Origin: an uncultured Oscillospiraceae bacterium
Lineage (GTDB): Bacteria; Bacillota; Clostridia; Oscillospirales; Acutalibacteraceae
Assembly: GCA_958366985.1 (NCBI GenBank)
Contig: CATXDC010000004.1
Span: forward strand, 118,187-182,186
Reading direction: 5' to 3'
DNA length: 64,000 nt
The notes below the pieces were generated by a model that was not told the origin of the DNA, searched no databases, and worked only from the letters and a program-made list of their open reading frames with translations. A program made the translations under genes and the position numbers. How positions within the stretch are numbered: the first letter of the stretch is position 1; every line of letters starts with the position of its first letter. This document shows positions 19,509 through 29,399 of the stretch, in pieces.

Positions 19509-20759
19509 TCACTTGTTTTTACTCATTTTGATAGCATCCTTAAATTTGAGCTTCTTTCCGTAATGGAGAACGGAAGCTGAATAAATCTTCACTGAAAGAG
19601 CTCCCACTGCGATTACCGAAAGAGCAAGAATCAGAACGGAAATCACTACCTGATAAGGCTCAATGGAATTACTGAGCATACTCGACGGCACAATGAACGG
19701 CGAAGAAATAGGCAGATACATTGCGATTTTCTGAACTATTCCGCTGCCGGGAGAAAGAATATTTACAAAATATCCGAGATAGAAACCAACCATTGAAAGG
19801 AGCATTACAGGCATCATAGCTGAATTGAGATCCTCTATTTTGCTTACAAGAGCTCCGCTTACGGCATTCATTACGGCAAAAAGGCTGTATCCTAAAACAA
19901 AATATACAAACATTACTGCCACAGTTTCTGCACTGAGAACACTCAGTGAAAATTCCGAACCCTGAGTAAGCAGCTCAGAGGGAATTATAAATTTAAGGCA
20001 AAGTCCTCCCGTTAAAACAATCATTGCAAACTGGATAATTCCCAGAACACCCATACCGAAGCATTTGCCTAAAAGTATTCTTGAAGGTTTTGCGGAAACA
20101 ATAAGGGTTTCCATAACCCTTGAGGTTTTTTCCGTAGCCACTGACATGGCAACGCCGTATCCGTAATAGTAAATTGCAAAGAACATAAGGAGAGTAAATA
20201 CAATACCTATAACGTATGCGCTGGCATTCATCTCACCTGCAGACACAGTTTCATACTGTACAGGCTGTCTTGAAAGAATTACCAGATCCGGGTCAACTCC
20301 GGAATTTACAAGAACGTTCATTGAATGAACTTCGTTTATTATCTGGGATACAGACGAAATATTAGCTCCCACACCGCTCATAAAATCTTTGGAATAAACA
20401 GTTACAAGGGGCTGGGAATTTTTTGCGCTCACTTCTAAAAGTGAAATACTTTTATCCTCTTTAATCTGAGCTACAACGTCTTCCTTTTCTGCAGCCGTTA
20501 TCTCCTTAACGTCATAGAGAACTGTGAGAGCTTCGGCTGCACCGGGAAGTATATCGTGCTCATCAAGATAGTAGCATATGTTTTTCTGAGGAGCTTCATC
20601 TGTTCCCTCATCGGTTTCATCTGAGCTTCCCATAAAAATAGCCAGCGCAGCAGAACCACCGATAATAAGCGCTAAAATTATCGCAGTAGAAATTATAAAA
20701 GCCTTTTTTCTTATGGCATCTTTAAGAGTAAAGGCGAAAACGGTAAAAATCTGCTTCAT
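19509..20759 (-). CDS. ABC-2 type transporter permease
   Basis: N-terminal TM helix, large extracytoplasmic loop, and 5 C-terminal TM helices typical of the ABC-2/YhgE type. Confidence 0.7.
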   Translation of the reverse strand: MKQIFTVFAFTLKDAIRKKAFIISTAIILALIIGGSAALAIFMGSSDETDEGTDEAPQKNICYYLDEHDILPGAAEALTVLYDVKEITAAEKEDVVAQIKEDKSISLLEVSAKNSQPLVTVYSKDFMSGVGANISSVSQIINEVHSMNVLVNSGVDPDLVILSRQPVQYETVSAGEMNASAYVIGIVFTLLMFFAIYYYGYGVAMSVATEKTSRVMETLIVSAKPSRILLGKCFGMGVLGIIQFAMIVLTGGLCLKFIIPSELLTQGSEFSLSVLSAETVAVMFVYFVLGYSLFAVMNAVSGALVSKIEDLNSAMMPVMLLSMVGFYLGYFVNILSPGSGIVQKIAMYLPISSPFIVPSSMLSNSIEPYQVVISVLILALSVIAVGALSVKIYSASVLHYGKKLKFKDAIKMSKNK

Positions 20760-21652
20760 TTTACTCCACCTGCCTTTTCAATAAATATCTCGTTGAGACT
20801 GGGTTCCTTTATCTCATATTTTATTGGATAAATTCCCTCTTTTAAAAGGCGGGATAAAAAGCTCTGCGCCATTTCGTCACCTGTGATTTTGTATTCGGAT
20901 TCACCTGCTCTGGTATCGGAAAGAATAAGTCCCTCCTCACTTGCAAGAGCAGAGATATCCTCTGCGCAGTTTACAATGAGATTTGTGTGGCCGTAGCCCT
21001 CTTTTATTTTGCGAAGACTTCCCTGAAGCAGAGTTTTTCCGCTGTGAAGGATAACGATATCCTTACAGAAATCCTCAACAACATCCATCTGATGACTGCT
21101 CATTACAATATATTTACCCTTAGCGGTAAGCTCCTCAATAAGCTCTTTTAAAACCTTGGCATTTACAGGGTCAAGACCGCTGAAAGGCTCATCTAAAAAG
21201 ATAAGTGTCGGGTCATGGATAAGTGTCGCAATAAGCTGTATTTTCTGCTGGTTGCCCTTTGAAAGCTTTTCGGCGGTCATATCCTTATACTCTGAAACTC
21301 CAAGTCTGTCCATGAGTCTAAGGGCAGACTTTGCAGCGTCGGTTTTGTTCATGCCTCTGAGCATTCCGAAATATACAAGCTGCTCCAAAACCTTGTTTTT
21401 AGTGTATATTCCTCTCTCCTCAGGCATATATCCAAAAGAAAGAGTTTCTCTTGTTATGGGTTTTCCGTCCCACAGTGCGGTGCCGCTGTCAGCAGGCATT
21501 ATTCCCAGAATCATTCTGATTGTGGTGGTTTTTCCTGCTCCGTTGGTTCCGATAAGTCCGAAAACTCCACGCTGTGAAATTTCGAAACTAAGATTGTCAA
21601 CAGCAACCTTTTTCCCAAAGCTTTTTGTAAGCCCCTCAACTTTAAGCGCCAT
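20756..21652 (-). CDS. ABC transporter ATP-binding protein
   Basis: Walker A GTNGAGKTT, signature LSKGNQQK, Walker B LIFLDEP; 4-nt overlap with the permease gene. Confidence 0.9.
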   Translation of the reverse strand: MALKVEGLTKSFGKKVAVDNLSFEISQRGVFGLIGTNGAGKTTTIRMILGIMPADSGTALWDGKPITRETLSFGYMPEERGIYTKNKVLEQLVYFGMLRGMNKTDAAKSALRLMDRLGVSEYKDMTAEKLSKGNQQKIQLIATLIHDPTLIFLDEPFSGLDPVNAKVLKELIEELTAKGKYIVMSSHQMDVVEDFCKDIVILHSGKTLLQGSLRKIKEGYGHTNLIVNCAEDISALASEEGLILSDTRAGESEYKITGDEMAQSFLSRLLKEGIYPIKYEIKEPSLNEIFIEKAGGVK

Positions 21653-21667
21653 GTGTTTTCCTCCGTG

Positions 21668-22774
21668 TTATTTTACAAAAAGTTTTTTGAGAAGCTCGAA
21701 AGCATCCTCTTTTGTATATCCTCCGGGAACAATCTTGAAATTCTTCTGATTTTCCCAGCGGTTTGAAAACTCGAGTGCCTCTTCCTCAGTCATTGAAACA
21801 TTTGAAATATCAACTGCCTTTTTAAGAAGATCGGTAAACTCCTTTAAGTCAGAAGATAACAGCTCAAAAAGCTCCTCGGCCTTTTCGGGAGCATATTTTT
21901 CTCCCCTCTCGGCAAGATACGGCAAAAATGCTCCGCATGCAAAGCCGTGTGGAAATCCGTAATCCTCCGTGAGAACATATCCCATGGGATGCGGAAAAGC
22001 TGTTCCGCAGGCGTTAAGCACCATTCCAGCATAAAGGGAACCGTAATAAAGCTTCTCTCTTTCCTCTTCATCGGGAAGCTCCTTTGTTTCAACAAGTTTT
22101 TTAAGAGCTGAATATATCATTGGCAGTCCTTTTACAGCAAACACCTTTACGCTGTCGCTGATTTTAGGAGAAAACCAGCCTTCAACTGCATGGGAAAGTG
22201 CATCAACTGCCGTTGAAACCGTTACGGAATAAGGCATTGTATTTGTGTATTCGGGACATCCGAAAGAGATATCGGCATAAATTCCGCCTATACTCTTTTT
22301 TCTGCCTGTTGCGCCGTTTGTAAGAACCGATACTCCCGAAACCTCGCTTCCTGTGCCGGATGTGGTTCCCACAAGAATTAAAGGCAGGTGCTCAGTTCCG
22401 GATGGAAACGCATATATATCCTCAGGAGAACAGCCTGCGTTAACGGCATAAATTGAAACCGCTTTTGCTGCATCCATGGGAGAGCCGCCGCCTATACCGA
22501 TTATACAGTCTGCGTTCATCCCGATGGCAATCTGTGCTGCCTCATGGCAGTTTTCAATAAGAGGATTGGGGCCTATTTTATCATAGACTTTATACTCTGC
22601 TCCGATTTCCTTTAATACGCTGCAAACGTCATCAAGTGCTCCGCTTTTTGCCGCAGAGCTTCCGCCTGTAACTATCAAAAAGCTTTTGCCTTTTTTTCTG
22701 AACTCTTCGCCGCTTTTAAGCACTGCGCCTTTACCGCTTATAACCTTTACAGGCATGAAAAAATCAAATGTCAT
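21668..22774 (-). CDS. iron-containing (group III) alcohol dehydrogenase
   Basis: GGGSPMD motif and His-rich metal site (HAVEGWF...HPMGY); 368 aa. Confidence 0.8.
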   Translation of the reverse strand: MTFDFFMPVKVISGKGAVLKSGEEFRKKGKSFLIVTGGSSAAKSGALDDVCSVLKEIGAEYKVYDKIGPNPLIENCHEAAQIAIGMNADCIIGIGGGSPMDAAKAVSIYAVNAGCSPEDIYAFPSGTEHLPLILVGTTSGTGSEVSGVSVLTNGATGRKKSIGGIYADISFGCPEYTNTMPYSVTVSTAVDALSHAVEGWFSPKISDSVKVFAVKGLPMIYSALKKLVETKELPDEEEREKLYYGSLYAGMVLNACGTAFPHPMGYVLTEDYGFPHGFACGAFLPYLAERGEKYAPEKAEELFELLSSDLKEFTDLLKKAVDISNVSMTEEEALEFSNRWENQKNFKIVPGGYTKEDAFELLKKLFVK

Positions 22775-23022
22775 TTTCGTTTCTCCTTTGCTGAATTTAT
22801 TGCTGAAATCCTTTACTGAAAAAACTTTTTCATCAGTCAGATGAAGGTAAAATTTTATCTCTCGTTTATTCAGGCGTATTATATCATTTTTGAGTTTTCA
22901 TGTCATCTGTATATTAATCGGGATTTACAATCTTTTTTATTAATTTCGTGATGTTCTACCTAAAAATACTCAAATTTTTTATTAACAATCTGTAAAAACC
23001 ATGTGGGTTTTCTCATAAGTTG

Positions 23023-23051
23023 TTGAATTTTTTAACAAAATCATTTAAAAT
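23023..23051 (+). promoter_or_regulatory. sigma-A promoter TTGAAT-17-TAAAAT for the apbE-rnf cluster
   Basis: Hexamers at 23023-23028 and 23046-23051 with a 17-nt spacer; this argues that the annotated TTG at 23055 is not the true start. Confidence 0.5.
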
Positions 23052-23084
23052 GTATTGGTACTAAATTCAAAAGGAAAGTTTATT

Positions 23085-24113
23085 GTGAAAAATTCTAAGG
23101 CATCAAAAGCAGTGTCGGTAATTCTTGCCGCCGCAATCCTCGCTGCGGCAGTTTTAAGTATAGTATATTTCAGTAAAAGAAATTCCAGCCATGAAGAAAG
23201 CTTCATTGCAATGGGAACTGTATTTTCCGTAAAGCTTTACGGCGGAGAAAATGAAGAGGCAGCAAAACAGATTAAAGAAACCGTTGAAAACTCTGAAACA
23301 CAGCTTCTTTCAAGACTTTCGGAAAGCTCGGTTATATACAATATAAATAAGAACGGAAAGGGAGAAATTTCCACAGAGCTTTATAATCTCATGACTCTTT
23401 CACAGCAGGTTTCAAGGGACAGCGGCGGAGCTTATGATATGACCGTAGGAGCTCTTACGGGACTTTGGAATATAGGCACCGAAAACGCCCGTGTTCCCTC
23501 GGAGGAAGAACTTTCAAAAGCTCTTAAAACTGTGGGATACGAAAAAGTAACGCTCACATCAGATTCAGTTACTCTTTCTGAGGGTCAGCAAATAGACCTC
23601 GGCGCAATCGGCAAAGGATATATGTGCGATAAAGCCGCAGAGATTTTAAAAGAAAATGATATCAAAAGCGCAGTTATATCTGCGGGAGGAAGCATATTAG
23701 TTTATGGTGAGAATCCATCCGGCGGCCAGTGGAAAGTAGGTATAAGAAATCCTGAGGGAAGCTCCTCGGATATTTTCGCCGTATTGTCACTTAATGAGGG
23801 ATACATATCAACCTCCGGCGACTATGAGCGTACATTTACCGAAAACGGCAAGACCTATCACCATATTTTAAATCCGCAGACAGGATATCCCGCTGACAGC
23901 GGACTTTCAAGCGTTACGATAATTTCCGCTTCCGGCGCTTTAAGCGATGCCCTTTCAACAGCCTGCTTTGTACTGGGCTATGAAAACAGTCTGCCTCTTC
24001 TCGAAAAATACGGAGCTGAAGGCATATTTGTAACCCATGACAAAAAGGTTTATATGAGCGACGGAATTAAAAATTCACTTGAGATAACCGACGAAAGCTT
24101 TGTTCTCGGTTAA
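23085..24113 (+). CDS. apbE: FAD:protein FMN transferase (ApbE/Ftp)
   Basis: ApbE family motifs (DLGAIGKGYMCDKAAEIL, ISTSGDYER); membrane-anchored N-terminus; start set at GTG 23085 after the aaggaaag RBS. Confidence 0.85.
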   Translation: MKNSKASKAVSVILAAAILAAAVLSIVYFSKRNSSHEESFIAMGTVFSVKLYGGENEEAAKQIKETVENSETQLLSRLSESSVIYNINKNGKGEISTELYNLMTLSQQVSRDSGGAYDMTVGALTGLWNIGTENARVPSEEELSKALKTVGYEKVTLTSDSVTLSEGQQIDLGAIGKGYMCDKAAEILKENDIKSAVISAGGSILVYGENPSGGQWKVGIRNPEGSSSDIFAVLSLNEGYISTSGDYERTFTENGKTYHHILNPQTGYPADSGLSSVTIISASGALSDALSTACFVLGYENSLPLLEKYGAEGIFVTHDKKVYMSDGIKNSLEITDESFVLG

Positions 24114-24146
24114 GGGCTTTGCAAAATAAAGAAAGCGATTAATCTT

Positions 24147-24539
24147 ATGGAAAAAAGAAAACTCTTCGGCAGAGGAGATTTGATTTTAATACTCTCAATT
24201 GCAGTAATAGCGGCAATTTTGTTTTTCTTTATGCGTTTTGACTCCGGAGACAGCGTCAAGGGAGAAATCATAGTAGACGGCAGCCTTTACAAAACCGTCG
24301 AGCTTAAAGAAGGGCAAAGTGAGCATTTTATTATCGACAATACAAAAAGCGGTATAAATTGCGAAATACTTGCTGAAAACGGAGAGATAAAATTTATATC
24401 TTCACAGTGCCATGATAAAATCTGCGTTTCAGCAGGTGCTCTTTCACATAAAGGCGATACAGCCGCCTGTCTTCCCGCAGGCGTACTTATAAGAATAGTT
24501 TCCGGTGAGGATTCACCGGTGGACGTTATTGCCTATTAA
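24147..24539 (+). CDS. NusG domain II-containing membrane-anchored protein (Rnf/ApbE-associated)
   Basis: N-terminal TM helix followed by a small beta domain with a Cys pair (SQCHDKICVSAGA...TAACLPAG); typical companion of apbE and rnf in Clostridia. Confidence 0.6.
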   Translation: MEKRKLFGRGDLILILSIAVIAAILFFFMRFDSGDSVKGEIIVDGSLYKTVELKEGQSEHFIIDNTKSGINCEILAENGEIKFISSQCHDKICVSAGALSHKGDTAACLPAGVLIRIVSGEDSPVDVIAY

Positions 24540-24557
24540 GTATTCCGGGAGGCACTA

Positions 24558-25088
24558 ATGAACGTAAACATAGACAAAAGAACAGCGAAAACCGCACTGA
24601 TAGGTATTCTCACCGCTCAGGCTCTCGCATTTTCCTTTCTTGAAAGCATGATTCCCCCTATTCCGGGACTTCCTCCGGGAGCCAAACCGGGATTTTCAAA
24701 TATAATCACAATGTTTGCAGCGGAGAGCATCAGCCTTCCCTGCGCTTTGGGTATTACGGCAGCAAAAGCTCTTTTCGCATTTATCACAAGAGGCTTTTCC
24801 GCTGCCGCTATGAGCTTTTGCGGAGGAATGCTCAGCACTATTACCATGTATTTTCTTCTCAGAAGCAAAAAATCGCCTTTCGGCTTTTCCGGCATAGGTA
24901 TAATCTGCGCCTGTGCCCACAATCTCGGTCAGCTTATTGCTGCCGCATTTTTAATGGGCACCGCCGCAACTTTCGGCTATGCCCCGGTTATGCTTGTTTT
25001 TGCCGTTATAACGGGTCTTGTTACAGGAAGCATATTCAAAATATTGCTGCCTGTACTGAAAAAGCAAAAACGCTTTTTTCTCAAATGA
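24558..25088 (+). CDS. Gx transporter family protein (heptaprenyl diphosphate synthase component I-like)
   Basis: 176-aa 5-TM protein; the family is commonly encoded between apbE and rnfC. Confidence 0.6.
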   Translation: MNVNIDKRTAKTALIGILTAQALAFSFLESMIPPIPGLPPGAKPGFSNIITMFAAESISLPCALGITAAKALFAFITRGFSAAAMSFCGGMLSTITMYFLLRSKKSPFGFSGIGIICACAHNLGQLIAAAFLMGTAATFGYAPVMLVFAVITGLVTGSIFKILLPVLKKQKRFFLK

Positions 25089-25150
25089 CCCTTCGGCATT
25101 GCATATATATGTACCATATTCGAGCGTAAAAGCTCAAAGGAGTTGAAAGA

Positions 25151-26500
25151 ATGAAACACGACAATCTCAGCGGTGTTTTAAAGCCCGTTGTTCGTGGACG
25201 TGGAGGGATAAGTGTTGCTCACCATAAAAACACCTCTGCCCTCGAGAGCGTACGTATGCCTGCTCCTGCAAAAGTTATTCTGCCTATGCAGCAGCATATC
25301 GGCGCACCGTGCACTCCCACGGTAAAACCCGGAGACAAGGTGGAAATCGGTCAGGTGGTTGGTGACAGCGACAAGTTTGTCAGCGCTCCCATTCACGCTA
25401 CGGTTTCAGGAACTGTAAAAGCTATTGCAGACATCAAACTCACAAACGGTGCTGCATCAAAGGCAGTTGTAATTGAATCTGACGGTGAGATGAAGGTTTG
25501 GGATGGCGTTAAGCCTCCCGTTGTTGAAACAAAAGAGGATTTCCTCAAAGCTGTACGTGCTTCCGGTCTTGTAGGCCTTGGCGGTGCAGGCTTTCCCACC
25601 CACGTAAAGCTTGCTTTTGACGAAAGCAAAAATATCGATACTCTCGTTGTAAACGCAGCAGAGTGCGAACCCTACATTACAGTAGACTTTCGTGAGTGCG
25701 TTGACAATTCATGGGATATTCTCAACGGTGTTTATCTGCTTAAAGAGATGTTCGGCTTCAAGCAGATTATCATAGCCGTAGAGGACAACAAGCCTGAGGC
25801 AATTAAGGTGCTCAAAAACATCGCCGACCATGAAATGGATATAGGCGACACCGTTAAGCTTATGACTCTTAAATCACGTTATCCTCAGGGCGCTGAAAAG
25901 GTTATGGTTCAGTCCGCAACAGGAAGAAAAGTTCCCCCCGGAAAGCTTCCGGCTGATGTAGGCTGCGTTGTTATGAACGTAGGTTCCGTCGCCTTTATTT
26001 CTCGTTACATGAAAACCGGAAAGCCCCTTGTAAGCCGCTCGATCACCGTTGATGGCTCTGCTATAAAGGAACCCAAAAACGTCAGAGTCGCAATCGGAAC
26101 CCCCATTAATGAAATCATTGATTTCTGCGGCGGATATAAGGCTGAACCCTATAAGCTGCTAATGGGCGGTCCGATGATGGGAATCACTCTTCACGATGAT
26201 ACATACCCTGTTCTTAAAAACAACAACGCTATTCTGGCTTTTGCCGAAAAAGATGTTCATGTTAAAAAAGAACGTGACTGCATAAGATGCGGAAGATGTG
26301 TAAGCGTTTGCCCCATGGGTCTTATGCCTACTCTCATTGAAAGATACGCTAAAATCAAGGATGCCGATTCACTTAACAAAATCGGTGTTAACGTGTGCAT
26401 GGAATGCGGCAGCTGTGCTTATTCCTGCCCCTCCGGCAGACCCCTTGTACAATACATGCGTCTTGCAAAATCCGTAGTAAGAGAAGCGGAGGGAAAGTAA
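25151..26500 (+). CDS. rnfC: Rnf electron-transport complex subunit C
   Basis: NADH/FMN-binding region GGAGFPTHVK and two 4Fe-4S ferredoxin motifs (CIRCGRCVSVCP, CMECGSCAYSCP). Confidence 0.95.
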   Translation: MKHDNLSGVLKPVVRGRGGISVAHHKNTSALESVRMPAPAKVILPMQQHIGAPCTPTVKPGDKVEIGQVVGDSDKFVSAPIHATVSGTVKAIADIKLTNGAASKAVVIESDGEMKVWDGVKPPVVETKEDFLKAVRASGLVGLGGAGFPTHVKLAFDESKNIDTLVVNAAECEPYITVDFRECVDNSWDILNGVYLLKEMFGFKQIIIAVEDNKPEAIKVLKNIADHEMDIGDTVKLMTLKSRYPQGAEKVMVQSATGRKVPPGKLPADVGCVVMNVGSVAFISRYMKTGKPLVSRSITVDGSAIKEPKNVRVAIGTPINEIIDFCGGYKAEPYKLLMGGPMMGITLHDDTYPVLKNNNAILAFAEKDVHVKKERDCIRCGRCVSVCPMGLMPTLIERYAKIKDADSLNKIGVNVCMECGSCAYSCPSGRPLVQYMRLAKSVVREAEGK

Positions 26501-26501
26501 A

Positions 26502-27521
26502 ATGGAAATGCAGAAAAAAAGAAAATTTACCGTAAGCGCTTCTCCCCATGTACGCTCCGGAGAAACTACAACAGGCATAATGCTTGACGTTATAATCGCT
26601 CTTATGCCTGCGCTGATAGCTTCGGTTATCATCTTCGGCAGAAGAGCTCTCGCAGTTACCGCAGTTACTGTTGTAACCAGCGTACTTGCAGAATACATAA
26701 GCCGCAAAGTGATGAAAAGAAGCAACACTATCGGCGATTTAAGCGCAGTTGTCACAGGTATGCTTTTAGCTTTTAACCTGCCCGTTGATATTCCGCTGTG
26801 GATGGCTGCAATCGGCGCCGTTGTCGCCATAGTTGTTGTAAAGCAGTTCTTCGGCGGAATCGGTCAGAACTTTGTTAACCCTGCTCTTGTGGGAAGAATT
26901 GTCCTTATGTCATCTTTCCCCACCGCCATGTCAACATGGGCTCAGCCCTATGCATGGAAAGGCGTTGCAGCAGTAACAAGCGCTTCTCCCCTTGCTGAAA
27001 TCTCAACTATGTTTAACAGCGGCGATGTTTCATCAGCTGCATTCAAAGCAAATCAAGTTCTTCCAAGTCTCGGTGAAATGTTCATCGGTCAGCGTCAGGG
27101 ATGCCTCGGTGAGGTTTGCGCCGTCGCTCTTATTCTCGGCGGAATTTACCTTTTCGCAAGAAAGGTTATCTCTCCCCTCATTCCTGCTCTTTATATCGGA
27201 ACCGTTGCCGTTATAATGTTTATCGCTGGCGGCGGAAGCTTCACTTTTATGATGTATGAAGTACTCGGCGGCGGTCTTATTTTAGGCGCAATCTTTATGG
27301 CAACCGATTACACAACATCTCCCATAAACACCAAGGGCAAAATCATTTACGCCATAGGCTGCGGTCTTATAACCTGTGTCATCAGACTTTTCGGCAGTCT
27401 CCCCGAAGGCGTTTCGTTCTCAATCATCCTTATGAACATACTCGTTCCCCATATCGAAAAGCTTACAACTCCTAAGCCCTTCGGATATGTCAAGGAAAAG
27501 AAAGGAGCGAAAAAGGCATGA
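26502..27521 (+). CDS. rnfD: Rnf complex subunit D
   Basis: NqrB/RnfD-type polytopic membrane protein; position in the conserved rnfCDGEAB order. Confidence 0.9.
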   Translation: MEMQKKRKFTVSASPHVRSGETTTGIMLDVIIALMPALIASVIIFGRRALAVTAVTVVTSVLAEYISRKVMKRSNTIGDLSAVVTGMLLAFNLPVDIPLWMAAIGAVVAIVVVKQFFGGIGQNFVNPALVGRIVLMSSFPTAMSTWAQPYAWKGVAAVTSASPLAEISTMFNSGDVSSAAFKANQVLPSLGEMFIGQRQGCLGEVCAVALILGGIYLFARKVISPLIPALYIGTVAVIMFIAGGGSFTFMMYEVLGGGLILGAIFMATDYTTSPINTKGKIIYAIGCGLITCVIRLFGSLPEGVSFSIILMNILVPHIEKLTTPKPFGYVKEKKGAKKA

Positions 27522-28096
27522 AGAAATTCTCCTCTAAGGAAGTGCTCGTTCCTTCCGTTTCACTGTTTGTAATAAGCCTTGTAGTTACACTGCTCCTTGC
27601 CATTACAAACAATATTACAGCTCCCCTTATTGAAAAGCTGAGCGTAGAAACCGAAATTCAGACAAGAAAAACCGTTCTCGCAGATGCTTCCTATTTTGAC
27701 GACAAAGATAAAACTGTAACCCTTGACGGTACTGAATACACCTACTGCGTAGGTCTTGACGCTGAAAACAACGTTGTCGGATACATATTCACAACCTCAA
27801 CCAAAGGTTACGGCGGAGAAGTCAAAGTCATGACCGGTGTTTCCGCAGACGGCAAAGTCACCGGAGTTGAAGCTCTCTCACTTTCCGAAACAGCAGGTCT
27901 CGGTATGAACGCACAGAAGGAAAGCTTCAGAAACCAGTATATAGGTAAATCCGGTAAAATCGGCGTTGCCAAAAATTCACCTAAAGAAGACGAAATCCAG
28001 GCTCTTACAGGCGCAACAATTACATCTTCCGCTTTTACGGACGCTGTTAACATCGCCCTTGAGCTTTACAGCTTAGTTACAGGAGGTGTTAAATAA
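27518..28096 (+). CDS. rnfG: Rnf complex subunit G
   Basis: N-terminal TM anchor; FMN-binding domain with flavinylation motif LTGATITS near the C-terminus. Confidence 0.9.
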   Translation: MKKFSSKEVLVPSVSLFVISLVVTLLLAITNNITAPLIEKLSVETEIQTRKTVLADASYFDDKDKTVTLDGTEYTYCVGLDAENNVVGYIFTTSTKGYGGEVKVMTGVSADGKVTGVEALSLSETAGLGMNAQKESFRNQYIGKSGKIGVAKNSPKEDEIQALTGATITSSAFTDAVNIALELYSLVTGGVK

Positions 28097-28800
28097 TGGC
28101 TGAAAAAAAGAGTCTTGCCAAGGAATTTTCAAAAGGCATTATCATTGAAAACCCTGTTTTAAGGCTTGTGCTCGGTACCTGCCCCACCCTCGCCGTTACA
28201 ACCTCCGTTGAAAGCGCACTGGGTATGGGTGCTGCCGCTGCCATTGTTCTTGTTTGTTCAAACATCGTTATTTCAGCACTGAGAAAGGTTATACCTCAGA
28301 AAGTGCGTATTCCCGCATTCATCGTGGTTATTGCCGGTTTCGTTTCAATTGTTCAGATGCTTGTCAAAGCATTCCTGCCTCAGATTGACGAACAGCTTGG
28401 CGTTTATCTTCCCCTTATAGTTGTTAACTGCATCATCCTCGGCAGAGCCGAAGCTTTCGCAAGCAAGAATCCCGTTCTCGCTTCCGCAGTTGACGGCCTC
28501 GGAATGGGCGTAGGATTTACAGCAGCTCTTCTTGCTATGGGTACAATCAGAGAGCTTCTCGGCGCCGGAACATTTTTCGGTGCACAGGTTATCCCCGCTT
28601 CCATTTCACCTATGATCATCTTCATCCTTCCTCCCGGAGGATTCTTTGTATTCGGTATGCTCATCGCTCTTTCAAACAAGCTTGCTGAAAGAAAAGGCAA
28701 GCCCAAAGCAGAGCTCAAAGGCTGTGAGGGATGCCCCATGGCTGCAACCTGCTCAATGAAAGGCGACGAAAATAAATGTGAGGGAGGAGAAAAGGCATGA
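28096..28800 (+). CDS. rnfE: Rnf complex subunit E
   Basis: NqrD/RnfE family membrane protein (GTCPTLAVTTS...); C-terminal Cys-rich tail. Confidence 0.9.
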   Translation: MAEKKSLAKEFSKGIIIENPVLRLVLGTCPTLAVTTSVESALGMGAAAAIVLVCSNIVISALRKVIPQKVRIPAFIVVIAGFVSIVQMLVKAFLPQIDEQLGVYLPLIVVNCIILGRAEAFASKNPVLASAVDGLGMGVGFTAALLAMGTIRELLGAGTFFGAQVIPASISPMIIFILPPGGFFVFGMLIALSNKLAERKGKPKAELKGCEGCPMAATCSMKGDENKCEGGEKA

Positions 28801-29384
28801 AAGCATTTTTAGCTATCCTTTTAACCGGAATTCTTACAGAAAACTTTGTTCTTGCAAAATTCCTCGGTATCTGCCCCTTCCTCGGAGTTTCCAAAAAACT
28901 CTCAACTGCAACCGGCATGAGCGCCGCCGTTATTTTCGTCATGGTTCTCTCAACTGCCGTTACTTATCCCATTAACCTGCTCCTTGTTAAAAACGATATG
29001 GAATATCTTCAGACTATCGTTTTCATACTGGTTATTGCGGCTCTGGTTCAGCTTGTTGAAATCATACTTAAAAAGTATATGCCGCCTCTTTATAACTCTC
29101 TTGGCATATATCTTCCCCTTATCACAACTAACTGCGCAGTTTTGGGCGTTGTTCTTCTCAACATCGACAAGAGCTACAATTTCACTCAGTCAGTTGTCAA
29201 CTCCCTTGGTGCAGGTCTCGGATTCATGCTGGCCATGGTCATGTTTGCCGGAGTCAGAGAAAGACTCGAATCCTGCGACATTCCGAAGTCACTTAAGGGT
29301 CTGCCCATAACACTTGTTGCCGCTTCTCTTGTTTCCGTTTCCTTCCTTGGATTTACGGGAATTGTAGACGGTATTTTTGGTTAA
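28797..29384 (+). CDS. rnfA: Rnf complex subunit A
   Basis: NqrE/RnfA family (LGICPFLGVSKK...). Confidence 0.9.
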   Translation: MKAFLAILLTGILTENFVLAKFLGICPFLGVSKKLSTATGMSAAVIFVMVLSTAVTYPINLLLVKNDMEYLQTIVFILVIAALVQLVEIILKKYMPPLYNSLGIYLPLITTNCAVLGVVLLNIDKSYNFTQSVVNSLGAGLGFMLAMVMFAGVRERLESCDIPKSLKGLPITLVAASLVSVSFLGFTGIVDGIFG

Positions 29385-29399
29385 GGAGGCGGAGAAATA

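Noticed and set aside
24617-25159. Overlapping ORFs on both strands across the Gx-transporter gene and rnfC start (24617-24922, 24696-24920, 24818-25129, 24977-25159)
   Set aside because: Out-of-frame or antisense to genes with clear family signatures; translations are Arg/Cys-rich nonsense.
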